Shown here piece after piece: positions 60,701-64,000 of a DNA stretch of 64,000 nucleotides (position 1 is the stretch's first letter; every line of letters starts with the position of its first letter). The position numbers and the translations under genes were made by a program. The notes under the pieces were generated by a model that worked only from the letters and a program-made list of their open reading frames with translations, was not told the DNA's origin and made no database searches. The DNA comes from Asterias rubens (Eukaryota): contig NC_047062.1 of the NCBI RefSeq assembly GCF_902459465.1, positions 9,114,001 to 9,178,000 on the forward strand, in the 5' to 3' direction.

Positions 60701-62324
60701 TAAAGACTGGAATTTTGTGCAAAATAAAAGTCTATGATGGGAGGTTCTTTACTAAAGGGAAAAAGGAAGGAACAAAGATGTCTCCACAGGGATAGGAATG
60801 TGTGAACCCTCCTCAAATATCATCTCTCAAGAATGCCAGAAAATCACAGAACACAACGGGAATGTAATAGATGCTAAATTTGCATCGGGGATATAAAGCA
60901 TTTACCCCGTGATACACCGATGTGTGTTAGTATGATACTTTCCGGAGTCATGTGAAAAATATATCACATTCATTTAACTCGGGTGTAATATAATTCGAAC
61001 CAACTACCATTACAATTCTAGCAGTGGGATTGGGTTGGGGGGGGGGGGGGGGCACGCCACATATCGGGCACCAAATGCAGTTTACTCCCTAAATGGAGCA
61101 TGTATGTTACATCACAAGTTTACAAAAGAGCAAGCAGAGCCTGGACTATACCTTTAGGTATGTTTTGTACACAGCTCAATGAAACAGAAATCTTACATGT
61201 TATGGAGATTGCACCTGTCTGATTTTTATCAAGTTGATTGAAAGCAAGGGGCACAACTCAAAACTTAATCAGCTGTTACGTTTTTGTATATTTTGCTGTA
61301 TGCCACGAATGTACTTCTTCTAAGCATTTTTTAACATCAAAACCACACTTCTAGTAGCAACATTTAGTTGTGATTAACAATTAAGAACATGGTATTATTT
61401 CACAGATTTGCAGACAATGTTGCTTACAACGATGTGCTTAGCAAACATTGCATCAGGGTACCAGTTACTTAGTTCATGCGGCATTGTATTTTGGCTGTGG
61501 CCTTTAATTCTGAGAAGCACAACTTTGTTGTGAAAATGGTTCACAGTGTCTGCTGGTCTACACATGGCCCAAGTCACCTGCAGAGAATTTTGCTCCTCGT
61601 GTAGTTTTAAGAATTGAACTTCGCGCCCGGTCTATCTATAATGGCAGAAACTGCATGCTCCTAAACAATAGTTTGATGTCCTGTTGCTTTTTTTGTGTTG
61701 AATCCTTTTTGAACATTATGTTAAAAGTCGGCCTACTTAGACAGGAAAACACTGCACTTACCATGTAACAGTCGATGTTGTAGCTCTTGCCTCACATGGT
61801 GTAGGTTTACATTAAAACATGATTTCAAGTGAACCCACCAACAGCAGGTAATTGACGCCGTCCATTGTTCATTCTTTGTTCATGATGCACTCACCCACGG
61901 CTCCAGGTTTTAGAAAAAGGGTAATCTGTATGACAAGAGCTTATTATTCCTCTCGGGCATGGCGTTTGATAAGAATTTGTCAAAAAGGGAGGCTTATTTT
62001 CAAAGGAAGACATTTGTGTTTGGTGCTTTGATGAAATTCTTTAGCGAAGTTCTATCATTTTTGTCTCTGAGCATTGTGATAGACTCAGTGTGCTCACACC
62101 ATACCATGTAGTATTGCTCCGTGACCAACTGGGGAAAATTCCATCCTATTATATTAATTTTGGTGGCCCCACGTTGTAGTGAAAGAAAGAGCCAAAAAGG
62201 GCTTATGTTCAGTTATTCTGTGCACGACCGCACTTGTTTCGATCATGGAGGTACACATGAAGGAGTTTCCCTCCTCCATGGTTCAATGTACATGTACATG
62301 TATATGCAAATCTGGATGACTGAC

Positions 62325-62470
62325 GGTTATTTGGTGTTGTTTGTTAGAAAGAAGAATTCCCAGAAGGGACTTAATTAGCATGTGTTTATACAACTCCAGG
62401 TTATTTGGTGTTGTTTGTTAGAAAGAAGAATTCCCAGAAGGGACTTAATTAGCATGTGTTTATACAACTC
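62325..62470 (+). repeat. Exact tandem duplication, period 74 bp
   Basis: GGTTATTTGGTGTTGTTTGTTAGAAAGAAGAATTCCCAGAAGGGACTTAATTAGCATGTGTTTATACAACTC twice. Confidence 0.92.
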
Positions 62471-64000
62471 GAGGTTGCTCAATACACTAAGTATGTTGAG
62501 ATACACTAAGTGAGAAGACCGGTCTTTGACAATTTACCAATAGTGTCCACTGGCTTTAACAGATGAAGATAAACTACAGCGGAGTGTGTTACCCAAAATA
62601 AATAAATAAATATTAGTAATTTAATAAATATATATAGTTGATTGACTGATTGGTTGGTTGAATGGTTGATGTATTTGTCTGTCTGATGGTGTGTATGTTT
62701 GTATGTTTGTTTAAAGGTTATGTATTTGTTTATTTATCAAAACAACATTCGTTGGGTTTTGCTGAGCACTTTAATTCTCTTGAGTCTCGTAGCTTGAAAC
62801 AATCACTCGAAATCATTTGATATAGTATTTATTCACATGTCCTTCATTTGCTTACAAAATAACACTTCCGATCTGTTCGAAACACACACACACAACAATA
62901 CAAATTGGGCCCTACTATTATTAATATTATAAATATAGTTATTCCTTTCAAAGAACTCCCTTGTTGTTCCAAGTTGAGCAGAGAAATACTTTGTGGGTAT
63001 TAATTTTGTTTAATAATGGTGTAATCCGCTTCTCATCCGATTTTTGTTTTTTGTTTTGTTTTTGTTTAGTGTAGGGCCACACTGACACACTCACAAAATA
63101 CATACCGGTATCAATGGCCACATAAGCCTATACTGTACATGTAATATCAAAACATTTTAGAACTCTTGTCCAACACAGGATAATTAAGTAAGGCATCATT
63201 CACTGTACATGCATTAAGGCACATTTCACAACAAGACACTACAATAAGTACGTATGGTATAGGCCTAGTGGTTTGCTGTTCTTATTATTCTACCGTTAAC
63301 TGGTTGCTTTTGCGTAGCGGATCGTGTTACACTCATGCTCTGTTGCAGTCGCACTCTGTGGACAATCCTATCTTTACTGTAAAAACACTCTGTGGGCGTG
63401 TGGTAGTCCATGTAGTTTTTTCAGCTCCCTGCATTATGTTGACCTCTTGATCTTATGTCAACACAGATGAAGCAAACGTTTAAAACACAGGCATGGACAC
63501 CCACATTATGTCACTACAGTCTTCGTATAAGATCGTATAGTTCTGAAAGGACATTCCCGTACGGTGTTTACAAGCAAACTAATGCATTCAGATACTAAAT
63601 TAATAATACTAGAATTCTTTTATAATTAATACTATACATGTATGTATAATTAATTTCATCCCAAGAGGCACACGCACCGCCATTGATTGTCAAAGCCTGT
63701 ATCGTTATTAAATTAGGACAAAAACATGACCGCGTAAAAAAAAGTATATTATGAAAGTTAGCCATCTGTACTGTTTACTTTTCCAATTCCCTTTCTACTG
63801 AAGAATTCCCTCGTGAGGTCCAAGTTGAACAAATAATTCCCTTCTGGGGTCCTCGTTTAACCGAGTTGAACCGTGTTAAAACACAACATAAGTGCACTCC
63901 CAAGACTTTGATACTCTTTGTTCTGTGCAAGAAAACACATACATGTATTCTTCAATACTGTAAAACATACAGTGTGGACGCCTAACAGTTCACACAGTGT

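Overview
Intron-rich, AT-rich animal genomic DNA, probably an echinoderm such as a sea star (inferred from gene structure and repeat style, not proven). Two host genes point away from each other. On the minus strand is a ZNF541/TRERF1-like C2H2 zinc-finger gene, with supported exons at 17279-18857 and 448-661, continuing off the left edge. On the plus strand is a complete 11-coding-exon atlastin GTPase gene (43681-55113, 515 aa). Between them lies a full-length but decayed Mag-type Ty3/Gypsy LTR retrotransposon (24719-30622). It has 103-bp LTRs with non-canonical TA...TA ends, a 5-bp TAGAT target duplication and two nested MITEs. The rest is dense in TTAA-flanked, CWG-flanked and hAT-like MITEs, tRNA-derived SINEs and L2/CR1 LINE fragments. 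The least explained feature is a 1.3-kb multi-unit repeat array (about 6050-7360) in the zinc-finger gene intron. Its different unit types share one hairpin architecture with compensatory base changes, and its G.U pairs work only on the + strand. It lies just downstream of a well-spaced CCAAT-TATA-Inr promoter motif set. It may be an undescribed structured RNA element, but no function can be shown from sequence alone.
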